From contig CAWHTE010000001.1 in the NCBI GenBank assembly GCA_963832165.1, forward strand, positions 800,001-864,000: a stretch of DNA of 64,000 bases, in the 5' to 3' direction. Position 1 is the stretch's first letter, and every line of letters starts with the position of its first letter. This DNA comes from an uncultured delta proteobacterium. Lineage in GTDB: Bacteria; Myxococcota_A; UBA9160; SMWR01. The notes below the pieces were generated by a model. The model ran no database searches. It was not told where the DNA came from and saw nothing but the letters and a program-made list of their open reading frames with translations. Below, in pieces: positions 37,856-48,638 of this stretch. The position numbers and the translations under genes were made by a program.

Positions 37856-40282
37856 ATGGCCGAACGACCTGCACCGGCAGGCTTTGCGATTCCCGACGAG
37901 TTGCCGGTCCTGCCGCTCCGGGAAATGGTCGTGTTCCCGTACATGGTGTTGCCGCTGTTCGTGGCGCGCGATCGCTCGATCGCAGCCGTCGAAGACGCGC
38001 TTGCGGGCGACCGCCTCCTGCTGCTCACCGCGCAGCGCGACGGCGAGATCGAGGATCCCGGCCCCGACGATCTGTATCGCGTCGGTGCGGTCGTGACGGT
38101 GATGCGCGTGCTGCGCATGGCGGACGGGCGCGTCAAGGTGCTCGTGCAGGGCCTCGCGCGGGCACGCGTCGATTCGTTCGTCGAGCAGGACACGGCGACG
38201 TGGGCGAGGCTCACGCGCATCGAGGACGAGGCCGCTGCGGATTGGTGCGTGGAGGCCGAGGCGCTCGTGCGCGCGGTGCGCGCGCGCGTCGAGGAGCTGC
38301 TGCCGCTCAAGAACCTGCCGCCCGAAGTCCTGTCCGTGACGGTCAACGTGAACGAGCCGGGCCAGCTCGCGGATCTGGTGGCCTCGAACCTCAAGTTGCG
38401 CGTTGCTGAAGCCCAGGAAGTGCTCGAGATCGCCGACCCGATCCAGCGCCTGCGCAAGGTCGACGCACTGTTGCGCCGCGAGCTCGACGTGACCACGGTC
38501 CAGGCCGAGATCCAGTCGCAGGCGCACGACGAGATGACTCGCAGCCAACGCGAGCACTTCCTGCGCGAGCAGCTGCGCGCGATCCAGTCCGAGCTCGGAG
38601 AGGGCGACGGACGTCTCGACGAGGCCGACGAGTACCGCGCCAAGCTCGAAGAGGCGGGTCTGCCCGATGAGGCGATGGCCGAGGCGATGCGTCAGCTGCG
38701 CCGCCTCGAGCGCATGCACCCGGACGGTCCCGAAGCGCACGTGGTGCGCAGCTACCTCGACTGGATGGTCGATCTGCCCTGGTCGACCACCTCCGCCGAT
38801 CAGCTGGAGCTGAACGCCGCGAAGGCGATCCTCGACGAGGACCACGCGCACCTCACCGGCATCAAGGACCGCATCCTCGAGTACCTGGGCGTGCGCAAGC
38901 TGCGCGGTGATTCGCGCGGGCCCATCCTGTGCTTCGTCGGGCCTCCCGGCGTCGGCAAGACATCGCTCGGGCGCTCGATCGCGCGCGCGATGGGCCGCGA
39001 GTTCGTGCGCATCTCACTCGGCGGCGTCCGCGACGAAGCCGAGATCCGCGGGCATCGCCGCACCTACGTCGGTGCGATGCCGGGCCGCATCCTGCAGGGC
39101 CTCAAGCAGGCGGGCACGAACAACCCCGTGTTCATGCTCGACGAGATCGACAAGCTGGGCGCGGACTACCGCGGCGACCCGTCGTCGGCGCTGCTCGAGG
39201 TGCTCGACCCGGAGCAGAACCGCCACTTCAGCGACCACTACCTGAACGTGCACTTCGACCTGTCGCGCGTGCTGTTCGTGGCCACCGCCAACCTGCTCGA
39301 CACGATTCCGGGCCCGCTGCGCGACCGCATGGAAGTGATCCGGATCGCGGGCTACACGCCCGAGGAGAAGGTCGAGATCGCGCGCTCGTATCTGATCCCG
39401 CACCAGCTGCGCGAGCACGGCCTCGAGACCGACCGCCTGCACTGGACGCGCGGCAGCGTGCTCGAGCTGATCACGGACTACACGCAGGAAGCCGGCGTGC
39501 GCGGGCTCGATCGGCGCATCGCTGCAGTGTGTCGCAAGATCGCGCGGCGCGCGGCCGAGGGCGATGCGCGACTGGTGACCGTGAACCGCAAGACGCTCGA
39601 GCGCCTGCTCGGGCCGCCGCCCTTCCTGCTCGACAAGCCGGAGGGACCCGGCGAGATCGGCGTCGCGAACGGCCTCGCCTGGACCGAGAGCGGCGGCGAG
39701 GTGTTGACGCTCGAGGCGACGATGACGCCGGGCGCCGGGCTCGTGCTCACGGGCCAGATCGGCGACGTGATGCGCGAGTCGGGCCATGCGGCGTTCACGT
39801 GGGCGCGCGGGCGCGGCGCCGAGCTCGGTTTCGACTCGGCGATGTTCGGGCGCCACGAAGTGCACGTGCACGTGCCCGCGGGCGCGATTCCGAAGGACGG
39901 GCCGTCGGCGGGAATCGCGATCGCAACGGCCATCCTCTCGCTCGCGACCCGGATTTCCATCCGCAACGACGTCGCGATGACGGGCGAAGTCACGCTGCGC
40001 GGCCGCGTGCTGCCGGTCGGTGGCGTGCGCGAGAAGGCGCTCGCGGCGCTGCGCGCGGGCATCCGCCGCGTGATCCTGCCGCGCAAGAACCTCCAGGACC
40101 TGCGCGACATCCCGCGCGACCTCAAGAAGAAGATCACCTTCATCCCGGTCGATCACATGGACGAGGTGCTCGACGCCGCGCTCGATCGCACGCCGGTGCC
40201 GCGCGGGCGCCGCGCGACCCGGCCCCACACCTCGCGCGTCGATCGCGACCGCGAAGGGGCGATGATCGCGCGCCGTCGGTAG
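37856..40282 (+). CDS. lon: ATP-dependent Lon protease
   Basis: [29 protein letters not shown] and PKDGPSAG motifs. Confidence 0.97.
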   Translation: MAERPAPAGFAIPDELPVLPLREMVVFPYMVLPLFVARDRSIAAVEDALAGDRLLLLTAQRDGEIEDPGPDDLYRVGAVVTVMRVLRMADGRVKVLVQGLARARVDSFVEQDTATWARLTRIEDEAAADWCVEAEALVRAVRARVEELLPLKNLPPEVLSVTVNVNEPGQLADLVASNLKLRVAEAQEVLEIADPIQRLRKVDALLRRELDVTTVQAEIQSQAHDEMTRSQREHFLREQLRAIQSELGEGDGRLDEADEYRAKLEEAGLPDEAMAEAMRQLRRLERMHPDGPEAHVVRSYLDWMVDLPWSTTSADQLELNAAKAILDEDHAHLTGIKDRILEYLGVRKLRGDSRGPILCFVGPPGVGKTSLGRSIARAMGREFVRISLGGVRDEAEIRGHRRTYVGAMPGRILQGLKQAGTNNPVFMLDEIDKLGADYRGDPSSALLEVLDPEQNRHFSDHYLNVHFDLSRVLFVATANLLDTIPGPLRDRMEVIRIAGYTPEEKVEIARSYLIPHQLREHGLETDRLHWTRGSVLELITDYTQEAGVRGLDRRIAAVCRKIARRAAEGDARLVTVNRKTLERLLGPPPFLLDKPEGPGEIGVANGLAWTESGGEVLTLEATMTPGAGLVLTGQIGDVMRESGHAAFTWARGRGAELGFDSAMFGRHEVHVHVPAGAIPKDGPSAGIAIATAILSLATRISIRNDVAMTGEVTLRGRVLPVGGVREKALAALRAGIRRVILPRKNLQDLRDIPRDLKKKITFIPVDHMDEVLDAALDRTPVPRGRRATRPHTSRVDRDREGAMIARRR

Positions 40283-40295
40283 CTTCGCGCTCGAC

Positions 40296-41327
40296 GTGCG
40301 CGAGCGAGACGAATGGCGGCTGCGCGACCTCGGCGAATTCGAGCTGATCGCGCGCATCGAACGCGCTGCGCGCGGCGCACCGCGAGGTCGCGTCGCGCTC
40401 GGGATCGGCGACGACGCAGCGCTCCTGACCGCCCTGGCGGGCGAGACCTGGGTCGTCTCGACCGACGCGCGCGTCGAGGACGTCCACTTCCGCTGGGCCA
40501 CGGAGACACCGCGCACGGTCGGCGCCACCGCGCTCGCAGCCGCGCTCTCCGACCTCGCGGCGATGGGCGCTCGGCCGCGCGGCTTCACTTGCGCACTCGC
40601 GGCGCCGGGCGATCTGCCGCTCGCGGCGTTCGACGGCCTGCTGCGCGGCCTGCTCTCGGGCGCGCGTCGCTACGGTTGTCCACTCGTGGGCGGCAACCTC
40701 ACGCGCGCACGGGAGACCTCGCTGGTCCTCACCGTGTTCGGCGGCGTCAAGCGCGGGCGCGCGTTGCGTCGCCGCGCTCGCGTCGGAGACCGCATCCTGG
40801 TCACGGGCGAGCTCGGCGCGGCCTCACTCGCGCGCGCGCGCGCCGAGCGCGGCGGGACCCCGGTGAGCCGGATCCCGGTCGCGCGGATCCCGCAGGGACG
40901 CGCGCTGGCGCGCCTCGCCACCGTGTCGGGCTGCATCGACGTCTCCGATGGGCTCGTGGCCGATCTCGCGCACCTGCTCGGCGCGCGGCTCCGCTGTCGG
41001 GTGGATCCCGGGCGGCTGCCGCTCCCGCGCGGCTTCGAGGCCGGCTGCCGAGCGCTCGGTCTCGACCCGCTCGCCACGGCGCTCACGGGCGGGGACGACT
41101 ACGAGCTGCTGTTCGCGCTGCGACCGCAGGGGCCGTCGGCGGCCACGCTGTCCCGACGCCTTGGCGTCCGCGTCTCCGAGCTCGGCCGGGTCGAGCGCGG
41201 CCGCAGATCGGGGGGCAGGGGCGGGTTCGATCACTTCGCGGGCGGCCTGCAAGGCGGCCGACGAAGTCGGCCGACGCGCAGCGAGGCGAAGCCGAGCGAA
41301 GGCTGGAGCCCGAGCGCGAGCGAGTAG
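40296..41327 (+). CDS. thiL: Thiamine-monophosphate kinase, C-terminus extended into a repeat
   Basis: [34 protein letters not shown] and GFDHF motifs. Confidence 0.9.
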   Translation: MRERDEWRLRDLGEFELIARIERAARGAPRGRVALGIGDDAALLTALAGETWVVSTDARVEDVHFRWATETPRTVGATALAAALSDLAAMGARPRGFTCALAAPGDLPLAAFDGLLRGLLSGARRYGCPLVGGNLTRARETSLVLTVFGGVKRGRALRRRARVGDRILVTGELGAASLARARAERGGTPVSRIPVARIPQGRALARLATVSGCIDVSDGLVADLAHLLGARLRCRVDPGRLPLPRGFEAGCRALGLDPLATALTGGDDYELLFALRPQGPSAATLSRRLGVRVSELGRVERGRRSGGRGGFDHFAGGLQGGRRSRPTRSEAKPSEGWSPSASE

Positions 41328-41346
41328 CGAGGCGCGAAGGCCCAGC
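41258..41346 (+). repeat. ~90-bp REP-like dispersed repeat, copy A
   Basis: Aligns end to end with the reverse complement of 55025-55112. Confidence 0.8.
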
Positions 41347-41442
41347 AAAGGGCGACGAACTGCCCCTAAGTTGCCGGTTCGCGATGGATTTTCGCATTGG
41401 CGAAGATCAAGAACACGGCTCCGATCACCGATAGTTCTCTGC

Positions 41443-42714
41443 GTGAGAGTTGCACTCACGCACAAGTTCGTATTGGGCGCACTCGTCGTGGGCACGGCTG
41501 CGATCGAGGTGCCGCTGCTGCTGGCCCACGGCGGGGTGGACGTGGCGCCGTGGGTGGCCCCGTTCGTGGCGCTCGGAGCGGGTGGCGCGATCGGCTACTT
41601 CCTGTCGCGCTCGCTCGGCCGCACGTTCGAAGCGCTCAGCGCCGCCAGCGACCAGATGAGCCGCGGCGATCTGCGGCCGATGCGCGAGATCGGAGTGCCC
41701 CCGCGCTTTCCCGATGAAACCTGGGATCTCACGTGCGGGCTCCAGCGCATGGCGTCGAGCCTGCGCGAGCTCGTGGACGGCGTGAAGACGACCGCGGCGC
41801 GCGTCGAGCGCTCCTCGCAGGATCTCACGCGCAGCGCCGAGGCGCTCTCGGGCGGACACGACGGCATCTCGGCCGCAGTGGCGCACCTCGCGACCGACGT
41901 CGCCGAACAGCAGCGCCGGCTCGCCGACACGACGCGGCTCGTGCAGGAGATCGCGTCCGCGATCGACCGCAACGCGGGGAGCGCGCGCGAGGCGTTCGGC
42001 TTCGCGGCCGAGGCGAACCAGAAGGCCGGCTCGGGCGTCGACGTGGCGCGACTCGCGATCACGAAGATGCGCACGGTGTTCGAGCGCGTCGAGCAGAGCG
42101 TGGCGCGCGTGTTCGAGCTCGAGGCGAAGACGCGCCATGTCCACCAGATCACCGAGATCATCACGAGCGTTGCGCATCGCACGAACCTGCTCTCGCTGAA
42201 CGCCTCGATCGAGGCCGCGCGCGCGGGGGAGGCGGGTCGCGGCTTCTCGGTCGTGGCCGACGAGATCCGCAAGCTCGCCGAGAGCGCGGGGCGCAGCGCC
42301 GAAGAGATCGCCAAGCTGATCCACGAGATCGAGTCCGACACGAACGAAGTCGCGCAGGGCATGCGCGAGTCGAGCATCGTGGTCGGTGAAGGACGCGAGG
42401 ACGTCGACACCGTGGCCGACTCGCTCGAGCAGATCCGCTCGGCCGTCGGTGAAGCCGCGCGCCGCGCGGAGGAGATCTTCGAAGGCGCCGACACCCAGTC
42501 GATGGACGTGCGCCGCATGGTCGAGTCGATGCAGGAGATCAGCCGCGTCGCGTCGCGCAACGCCGAGGCGATCGACGGCGTCGCGGTGACCTCGCACGGC
42601 CAGCTCGATTCGATGAATCGCATGGTCGCTTCGAGTCAGTCGCTCACGGGTCTCGCCGAGGAGCTGCGCGAGGTGCTGCGCCGCTTCGACACGAGTGGCG
42701 GAGGTGCCGCGTGA
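41443..42714 (+). CDS. Methyl-accepting chemotaxis protein lacking a periplasmic sensor (DifA-like)
   Basis: Two closely spaced TMs, a HAMP domain, and the signalling tip [34 protein letters not shown]. Confidence 0.9.
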   Translation: MRVALTHKFVLGALVVGTAAIEVPLLLAHGGVDVAPWVAPFVALGAGGAIGYFLSRSLGRTFEALSAASDQMSRGDLRPMREIGVPPRFPDETWDLTCGLQRMASSLRELVDGVKTTAARVERSSQDLTRSAEALSGGHDGISAAVAHLATDVAEQQRRLADTTRLVQEIASAIDRNAGSAREAFGFAAEANQKAGSGVDVARLAITKMRTVFERVEQSVARVFELEAKTRHVHQITEIITSVAHRTNLLSLNASIEAARAGEAGRGFSVVADEIRKLAESAGRSAEEIAKLIHEIESDTNEVAQGMRESSIVVGEGREDVDTVADSLEQIRSAVGEAARRAEEIFEGADTQSMDVRRMVESMQEISRVASRNAEAIDGVAVTSHGQLDSMNRMVASSQSLTGLAEELREVLRRFDTSGGGAA

Positions 42715-43163
42715 GCTTCGAGAGCCAGAATCGCCTGCTCACCTTCGAGATCGGCTCATCGCTGTTCGCGTTGCCGATCGAGGGCGTGCACGAGGTCGCC
42801 GAGATGGCGCCGCTCGCTTGCATCCCCACGCTCCCGAGCGACGTCGCGGGCGTGATCAACTACCGCGGCGACGCGTTGCCCGTGGTGCGGCGCGAGCGGT
42901 TGCTCGATCCGGGCGCCGGCGCGCTCGCGGCGCCTGCACACGTGCTCGTGATCGGCGACCGGGCGGGCAGCCCGCCGTGCCTCGGCCTCGAGGTGGACCG
43001 CGTGCTCGGGCTCATCGATGGACAGCCCGCGCGCGGTCGGGGCAGCGAGCCGGTGGCCGAGCGCCGACCGCTGGACGGGCGGCTGTTGCAGGTGGTGGAC
43101 GCGTCGCGCCTGGTGGCGCGCGCGCGCAAGGTGATCGAAGACGCACTCGCGCGTGGCGAGTGA
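42711..43163 (+). CDS. cheW: CheW adaptor (DifC-like)
   Basis: [18 protein letters not shown] and GLEVDRVLG motifs. Confidence 0.85.
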   Translation: MSFESQNRLLTFEIGSSLFALPIEGVHEVAEMAPLACIPTLPSDVAGVINYRGDALPVVRRERLLDPGAGALAAPAHVLVIGDRAGSPPCLGLEVDRVLGLIDGQPARGRGSEPVAERRPLDGRLLQVVDASRLVARARKVIEDALARGE

Positions 43164-43178
43164 AGCGGGGGAAGGCAC

Positions 43179-43550
43179 ATGGCGCGAGTTCTGGTGGCGG
43201 ATGACGCGTCCTTCATGCGGCAGATGATCCGCGAGATCGTCGAGGCAGAGGGACACGAGGTCGTGGGCGAGGCGTCCGATGGCGACGAGGCGGTCGAGGA
43301 GTGGAAGCGGCTCCAGCCCGACGTCACCACGATGGACATTGTGATGCCGCGGCGTTCGGGCATCGACGCGGTGAAGGGGATCATGGAGTTCGACTCCACC
43401 GCGTGCGTGGTGATGTGCAGCGCGCTGGGTCAGGAGACGCTGGTCCAGGAAGCGCTCCAGGCGGGCGCGCGGGACTTCATCGTCAAGCCGTTCAAGCCCG
43501 ACTCGGTGATCGCGACCCTCAACAAGGTGCTCGAGAAGCAGGAAGCCTGA
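43179..43550 (+). CDS. cheY: CheY-type response regulator (DifD-like)
   Basis: VADD, MDIVMP, CSALGQ and FIVKPF motifs. Confidence 0.9.
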   Translation: MARVLVADDASFMRQMIREIVEAEGHEVVGEASDGDEAVEEWKRLQPDVTTMDIVMPRRSGIDAVKGIMEFDSTACVVMCSALGQETLVQEALQAGARDFIVKPFKPDSVIATLNKVLEKQEA

Positions 43551-43552
43551 GC

Positions 43553-45165
43553 GTGGATCTGGCGAAGTACCGGACGATCTTCATCGAGGAGTCGACGGAG
43601 CACTTCGCCGAGATCAGCCGTTCCCTGCTCGAACTCGAGAAGGATCCCGAGCACGGCGAGTCGATCGACGTCGTGTTTCGGATGGCGCATTCGATCAAGG
43701 GCATGGCGGCTTCACTCGGCTACGACTCGATCACCGAGCTCGCGCACAAGCTCGAGGACCGCATGCAGGTCGTCCGGGAAGCGGGAAAGGTCGAGGCCGG
43801 CGACGAGCTCTCGCTGTTGTTCCGCGGGCTCTCGGCACTCGAGGCGATGGTCGGCGCGGTGCGCGACACCGGAGGGGCTCCGCACGCCGATCCGGCGCTG
43901 ATCGCCGCGCTTGCAGCGCCGGCCGGATCCGCCCCCGCGCCCAAAAAAAAAGAACTGAGCCGGTAGCGACCGGAGAGCGCGCGAGCTCGGCAGCCGCGCC
44001 GCGCCTCGAGGTGCCCCGGCCTCCGCCCACCGTCCGCGTCAACACGCGCACGCTCGACCGCTTCCTCTCGACGGTCGGCGAGGTGATCCTCAACACGAGC
44101 CAGGTGCGCACCGTTTCGTCGGTCGCGGGCCAGAACACCGCGCTCTCCGAGGGTCTCGACCGGATGGACCGCGTCGTCGGCGAGCTGCAGCGGCGCGCGC
44201 TCGAGCTGCGCACCACGCCGCTCTTGCGCATTCTCGAGCCGCTGCCGCGCGCGGCGCGTGACGTCGCGGAACGCGCCGGAGTGCGCGTCGAAGTGCAGCT
44301 GCGCGGCGCCGAGCTCGAGCTCGATCGCTCGATCCTCGATCGCCTCTCCGACCCGCTCGTGCACCTGCTGCGCAACGCGGTCGATCACGGCATCGAGGCG
44401 CCCGCGGAGCGGGTCGCGGCCGGCAAGCCCGGCGTCGGATGCATCGTGATCGAGGCGCGGCGCGAGAAGGACACGATCCGGCTCTCGGTCGGTGACGATG
44501 GAGCCGGGATCGATCTCGAGGCGGTGCGGCGGCGCGCGGCCGAGGCCGGCGTGGTCCACCCGGACCTCGCGGCCGATCTCACCGCCGAGCAGATCGCGGC
44601 GCTGGTATTCGAGCCGGGGCTGTCGACGGCGGCCGAGGTGTCCGAGATCTCCGGGCGCGGTGTCGGCATGGACGCGGTGCGATCGACGCTCGAGTCGCTC
44701 GGCGGATCGGTCGAGATCGCGACCGAGCGCGGACGCGGCACCACGACGACGCTCGTCGTGCCGATCACCGCTGCGGTTCAGCGCGTGCTGCTGCTCGGCG
44801 TCGGCGCCGAGATGGTCGCGATCCCGATCTCGAAGGTCGAACGCATCGAAGAATGTCCGACCGAGCGGATCGAGCGGGCGGGATCCGATGCGTTCGCGTT
44901 GATCGACGACGAGCTCGTGCCCGTGCTCGACCTCGCCGCGCGGATCGCGCAGCCGGGCGCCGCGCCCGGGCGCTTCACCCACCTGGTGCTGACCGAGGTG
45001 CGCGGCGAGCGCGTGGCGCTGTCTGCCGAGCGCGTCGCGGGCCAGCAGCAGATCTACGTCAAGCCGATTCCCGAGCTGCTGCGCGGCGTCCGCGCGCTCT
45101 CGGGGCTCACGATTCTCGGAGATGGGCGTCCGATGTTCCTCGTCGACCCCAACCAGATCGCATGA
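43553..45165 (+). CDS. cheA: CheA histidine kinase (DifE-like), split by a -1 frame change at the A9 run 43943-43951
   Basis: Hpt domain FRMAHSIKG in 43553-43966. Dimerisation, HATPase (HLLRNAVDHG, DDGAG, SGRGVGMD) and CheW-like domains lie in the -1 frame, which is open from the A run. Confidence 0.88.
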
Positions 45166-45731
45166 GTCGCGGACTCGCCGGAATCGACGACGCCGAGATC
45201 GATCGGCTGCGCGAGCTCGCCCACATCGGCGCGAGCTGGGCGGCGAGCGCCTTCGCGCGGCTTGCAGGTCGCACGATCCTCACACGGGTGCCCCTGATCC
45301 ACGGTCCCGAGCGCCTGCGCAAGCGCGGCGACTGGACGACCGGAATCTTTTGCGACATCTCGGGTGCGCTCTCGGGGATGGTCGCGATCCTCTTGCCCAC
45401 CGCGACGCGCGACGGGATCGTGGAGCTGCTGTGTGGCAACGCCCACCCGCCGCAGGAGGTCTACGCCTCGGCGCTGTCGGAGTTCGGAAACATCCTGGCG
45501 TCGCAGACCGTCTCCGCGATCGCCGACACGCTCGGCGCGAGGATCCTCCCGGGCGTGCCCGAACTCGTGCTGCGCGACGCCGAGACCGCGCTCCAGGCGC
45601 GCATGTCGCCGCGGCATCGCCCGCCCCCACCGCTCTACATCGAGAGTGAGCTGTTCGACCGCCAGGGCGAGTTCCGCGCGCTGCACGTATTCCTGCCCGC
45701 GCTCGACAAGGTGCAGGCGCCGACCTCCTGA
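45162..45731 (+). CDS. cheC: CheC-family phosphatase (DifG-like)
   Basis: DRLRELAHIGA and SALSEFGNILAS (ExxN motifs; the first is ExxH). Confidence 0.8.
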   Translation: MSRGLAGIDDAEIDRLRELAHIGASWAASAFARLAGRTILTRVPLIHGPERLRKRGDWTTGIFCDISGALSGMVAILLPTATRDGIVELLCGNAHPPQEVYASALSEFGNILASQTVSAIADTLGARILPGVPELVLRDAETALQARMSPRHRPPPPLYIESELFDRQGEFRALHVFLPALDKVQAPTS

Positions 45732-45768
45732 CGTCTGATAGGCTGCCCGCCATGCGCGGAGCCGGCCG

Positions 45769-46518
45769 ATGAATCCCGATCGCTTGCGCGATCTGCTCGA
45801 CTCGGTGCGGCGCGGCGAGCTCGATCCCGAAGCGGCGATCGAGCAGTTGGCGCGGCTGCCGTTCGTCGACGTGCCCGACGCGCGCGTCGACACCCACCGG
45901 ACGCTGCGCGCGGGATTGCCCGAGGTGGTGTTCGCGCCCGGCAAGACGCCGCGCCAGATCGCCGACATTTCGACCGCGCTGCGCGATGCGGGTCAGAACG
46001 TGCTGGTGACGCGGCTCGAGGCCGCCGCGGCCGAGCAGGTGCGCGGGATGCTCGGTTCGGGCGAATACGACGCGGTCGCGCGCACGCTCTGGATCGGTCC
46101 CGCCGAGGTCGCGACGGTCGGGAAGGGCACGATCGCGATCGTGTGCGCGGGCACCGCCGACGTTCCGGTGGCGCAGGAGGCCATGCGCGTCGCCCGCTAT
46201 TTCGGAAACAAGGTGGAGCTCCTGGTCGACGTCGGCGTCGCGGGGCTGCACCGGCTGCTCGCGGCCAGCGAGACGCTGCGCTCCGCGCGCGTCCTGATCG
46301 TGATCGCGGGGATGGAGGGTGCGCTCCCCTCGGTGGTGGGCGGACTCGTGGACAAACCCGTGATCGGCGTTCCCACGAGCGTGGGATACGGCGCGTCGTT
46401 CGGCGGTGTCACCGCGCTGCTCGGGATGCTCACGAGCTGCGCGTCGAACGTCACCGTCGTGAACATCGACAACGGCTTCGGCGCTGCCTATGTCGCGACG
46501 CTCATCAACCGGCTGTAG
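45769..46518 (+). CDS. larB: Nickel-pincer cofactor biosynthesis protein LarB
   Basis: PEVVFAPGKT, AGTADVPVAQEA, DVGVAGLHRL, PTSVGYG and VNIDNGFGAA motifs. Confidence 0.92.
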   Translation: MNPDRLRDLLDSVRRGELDPEAAIEQLARLPFVDVPDARVDTHRTLRAGLPEVVFAPGKTPRQIADISTALRDAGQNVLVTRLEAAAAEQVRGMLGSGEYDAVARTLWIGPAEVATVGKGTIAIVCAGTADVPVAQEAMRVARYFGNKVELLVDVGVAGLHRLLAASETLRSARVLIVIAGMEGALPSVVGGLVDKPVIGVPTSVGYGASFGGVTALLGMLTSCASNVTVVNIDNGFGAAYVATLINRL

Positions 46519-46553
46519 GGCGGGAGGAGCCGGGGGCGGATCCCGCCGCGACC

Positions 46554-47822
46554 ATGAGCGCAAGAGCTCGAAGCAGAACGAAGCGAAATAGCAGGCGTCC
46601 CCGCGCAGCGGCCTCTGGCTCGCGCGTCCTCCACCTCGACGTGTTCTCGGGGATCGCCGGCAACATGCTGCTCGGCGCACTGCTCGACGCGGGGCTCTCG
46701 CGCAAGGAGCTCGAGTCGGACCTCGCAGGCCTCGGCCTCGATCATCGCCTCGTCGTGCGGCGCGTGCGGCGCGGCGCGCTGTCGGCGCTCTACGTCGACG
46801 TGCTCGTGCCGACGCCGAAGCGGCGCACACGCGGTCGCGATCACGATCACCATCATCATCACGACCACGGGCGTTCCTATCAGGAGATCGTGCGCGTGCT
46901 GGAGAAGGCGAGACTCGAGCCCGAGGTGCGCAAGCGCGCACTCGCGTGCTTCGAGGCGCTCGGGCGCGCCGAAGCGACCGTGCACGGGACGTCGCTTGCG
47001 AAGGTGCACTTCCACGAAGTCGGCGCCGTCGATGCGATCGTCGATCTCACGGGCGCCGCGATCGGTCTGGCGCGGCTCGGCATCGCGCGCGTCACCGCGA
47101 GTCCGGCGGCGCTCGGGCGCGGAACGGTCGAGACGGAGCACGGACTCCTGCCTCTGCCCGCGCCCGCGACGCTCGAGCTGCTGCGCGGATTGCCGACGGT
47201 GCCGGCCCACGTGGCCTGGGAGACCGTGACGCCCACGGGCGCCGCGCTCCTGCGCACGCTCGTCGACGAGTTCTGCGACCTGCCCGCGATGACGATCGAG
47301 GCGATCGGACACGGCGCGGGAGGCGACCGCAAGCACGGCCTGCCCAACGTGGTGCGCGCGGTGCTCGGGCGCGCGTCGGGCGCGGATGCCGATCGCATCG
47401 CCTGTCTCGAGACGAATCTCGACGATCTCGTCCCGGAGCACTTCGAGTTCCTGATGGAGCGCCTGTTCGAAGCGGGCGCGCTCGACGTGTCGCTGCAGCC
47501 GCTCCAGATGAAGAAGAATCGGCCCGGCATCCTCGTGCGCGTGCTCGCGCGACCTTCCGACAAGGTCGCCGTGGCGAATCGACTGTTCGCGGAATCGACC
47601 GCGATCGGTGTCCGCGTATTCGAGGTCGACCGCGTGGTGCTGCGCCGCGAGATCCGGCGCGTCGAGACGCGCTATGGGCGGATCGCCGTGAAGGTGGTGC
47701 TCGATCCCGAAGGCCGCGAGACGTTCTCGGCGGAGGTCGACGACTGCATGCGCGCGGCGCGCAAGCACGGCGCGCCGCTGCGCGAGGTGGTGCGCGAGGC
47801 AGAGGAGGCCGCACGCGCGTGA
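46554..47822 (+). CDS. larC: Nickel-pincer cofactor biosynthesis protein LarC
   Basis: SGIAGNMLLGAL, His-rich HDHHHHHDH, VHFHEVGAVD, ETNLDD and MKKNRPG motifs. Confidence 0.92.
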   Translation: MSARARSRTKRNSRRPRAAASGSRVLHLDVFSGIAGNMLLGALLDAGLSRKELESDLAGLGLDHRLVVRRVRRGALSALYVDVLVPTPKRRTRGRDHDHHHHHDHGRSYQEIVRVLEKARLEPEVRKRALACFEALGRAEATVHGTSLAKVHFHEVGAVDAIVDLTGAAIGLARLGIARVTASPAALGRGTVETEHGLLPLPAPATLELLRGLPTVPAHVAWETVTPTGAALLRTLVDEFCDLPAMTIEAIGHGAGGDRKHGLPNVVRAVLGRASGADADRIACLETNLDDLVPEHFEFLMERLFEAGALDVSLQPLQMKKNRPGILVRVLARPSDKVAVANRLFAESTAIGVRVFEVDRVVLRREIRRVETRYGRIAVKVVLDPEGRETFSAEVDDCMRAARKHGAPLREVVREAEEAARA

Positions 47823-48589
47823 GCGCAGGAGCGGTGCCTGCGGTCGATGCCGGTCCGTTCGATCTCGGCGACGGCCGCGACGCAGCGCTGTGTCTGCACG
47901 GCCTGACGGGGACGCCGTACGAAGTCCGCCCGATCGCCGAGGCGCTCGCGGCATCGGGCGTGCGAGCGGTGGGACCGCTCCTGCCGGGTCACGGCGGAGC
48001 GCGCGAGGCGCTCGCGCGCTCCGTGCACCGCGAGTGGATCGATGCGGTCGCGAGCGCTCATCGCGCGCTGCGCGAGCGCCACGAGCGCGTGTTCACGATC
48101 GGGCTCTCGCTCGGAGGTCTGCTCGCGCTGTGCCACGCGGCCACGGCGCGCGTGGACGCGCTCGTGGTGATCGGCACGCCACTGCGCCTGCGCACGCGGC
48201 TCGTGCGGATCTTGCCACTCGCGCGACACGCATGGCCCTATCTTCCGAAGCGGCGAGGCTCCGACATCCGTGAAGCCGCCGCGCGCGCGCGGCATCCGAG
48301 CATGACGGTGATGCCGACGGCGAGCGTGTTGGAGCTCGTGCGTCTCCAGGCCCTCGCGCGCGATGCGCTTCCGAGGGTCGAGGCGCCGCTGCTCGTCGCG
48401 CACGGGAGACTCGATACGACGGCGCACCCCGACGATGCCCGGCTGATCGCGGCGGCGGTGGCGTCGTCGGAGCGCGAGCTGCTGTGGCTTCCGAACTCGG
48501 GGCACGTGGTACCGGTGGATTACGATGGACCGGAATTGGCGCGCGCGGTGGTTGACTTCCTGATTCGGAAACGGCATCCCCTGCGCTAG
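47819..48589 (+). CDS. Alpha/beta hydrolase (carboxylesterase, YvaK-like)
   Basis: LHGLTG, GLSLGG nucleophile motif, HGRLD and SGHVV. Confidence 0.85.
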   Translation: MSAGAVPAVDAGPFDLGDGRDAALCLHGLTGTPYEVRPIAEALAASGVRAVGPLLPGHGGAREALARSVHREWIDAVASAHRALRERHERVFTIGLSLGGLLALCHAATARVDALVVIGTPLRLRTRLVRILPLARHAWPYLPKRRGSDIREAAARARHPSMTVMPTASVLELVRLQALARDALPRVEAPLLVAHGRLDTTAHPDDARLIAAAVASSERELLWLPNSGHVVPVDYDGPELARAVVDFLIRKRHPLR

Positions 48590-48638
48590 GGTTGGCCGCT
48601 GACTTTCTTGGCCCCACGGGGCAAGTGATGGAGGGAGC

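Noticed and set aside
48592..48626. Possible sigma54 promoter upstream of the histone gene
   Set aside because: The GG/GC spacing and -12 element do not match TGGCAC-N5-TTGC. Only a weak bulged hairpin (cttggcccc/ggggcaag) is visible.
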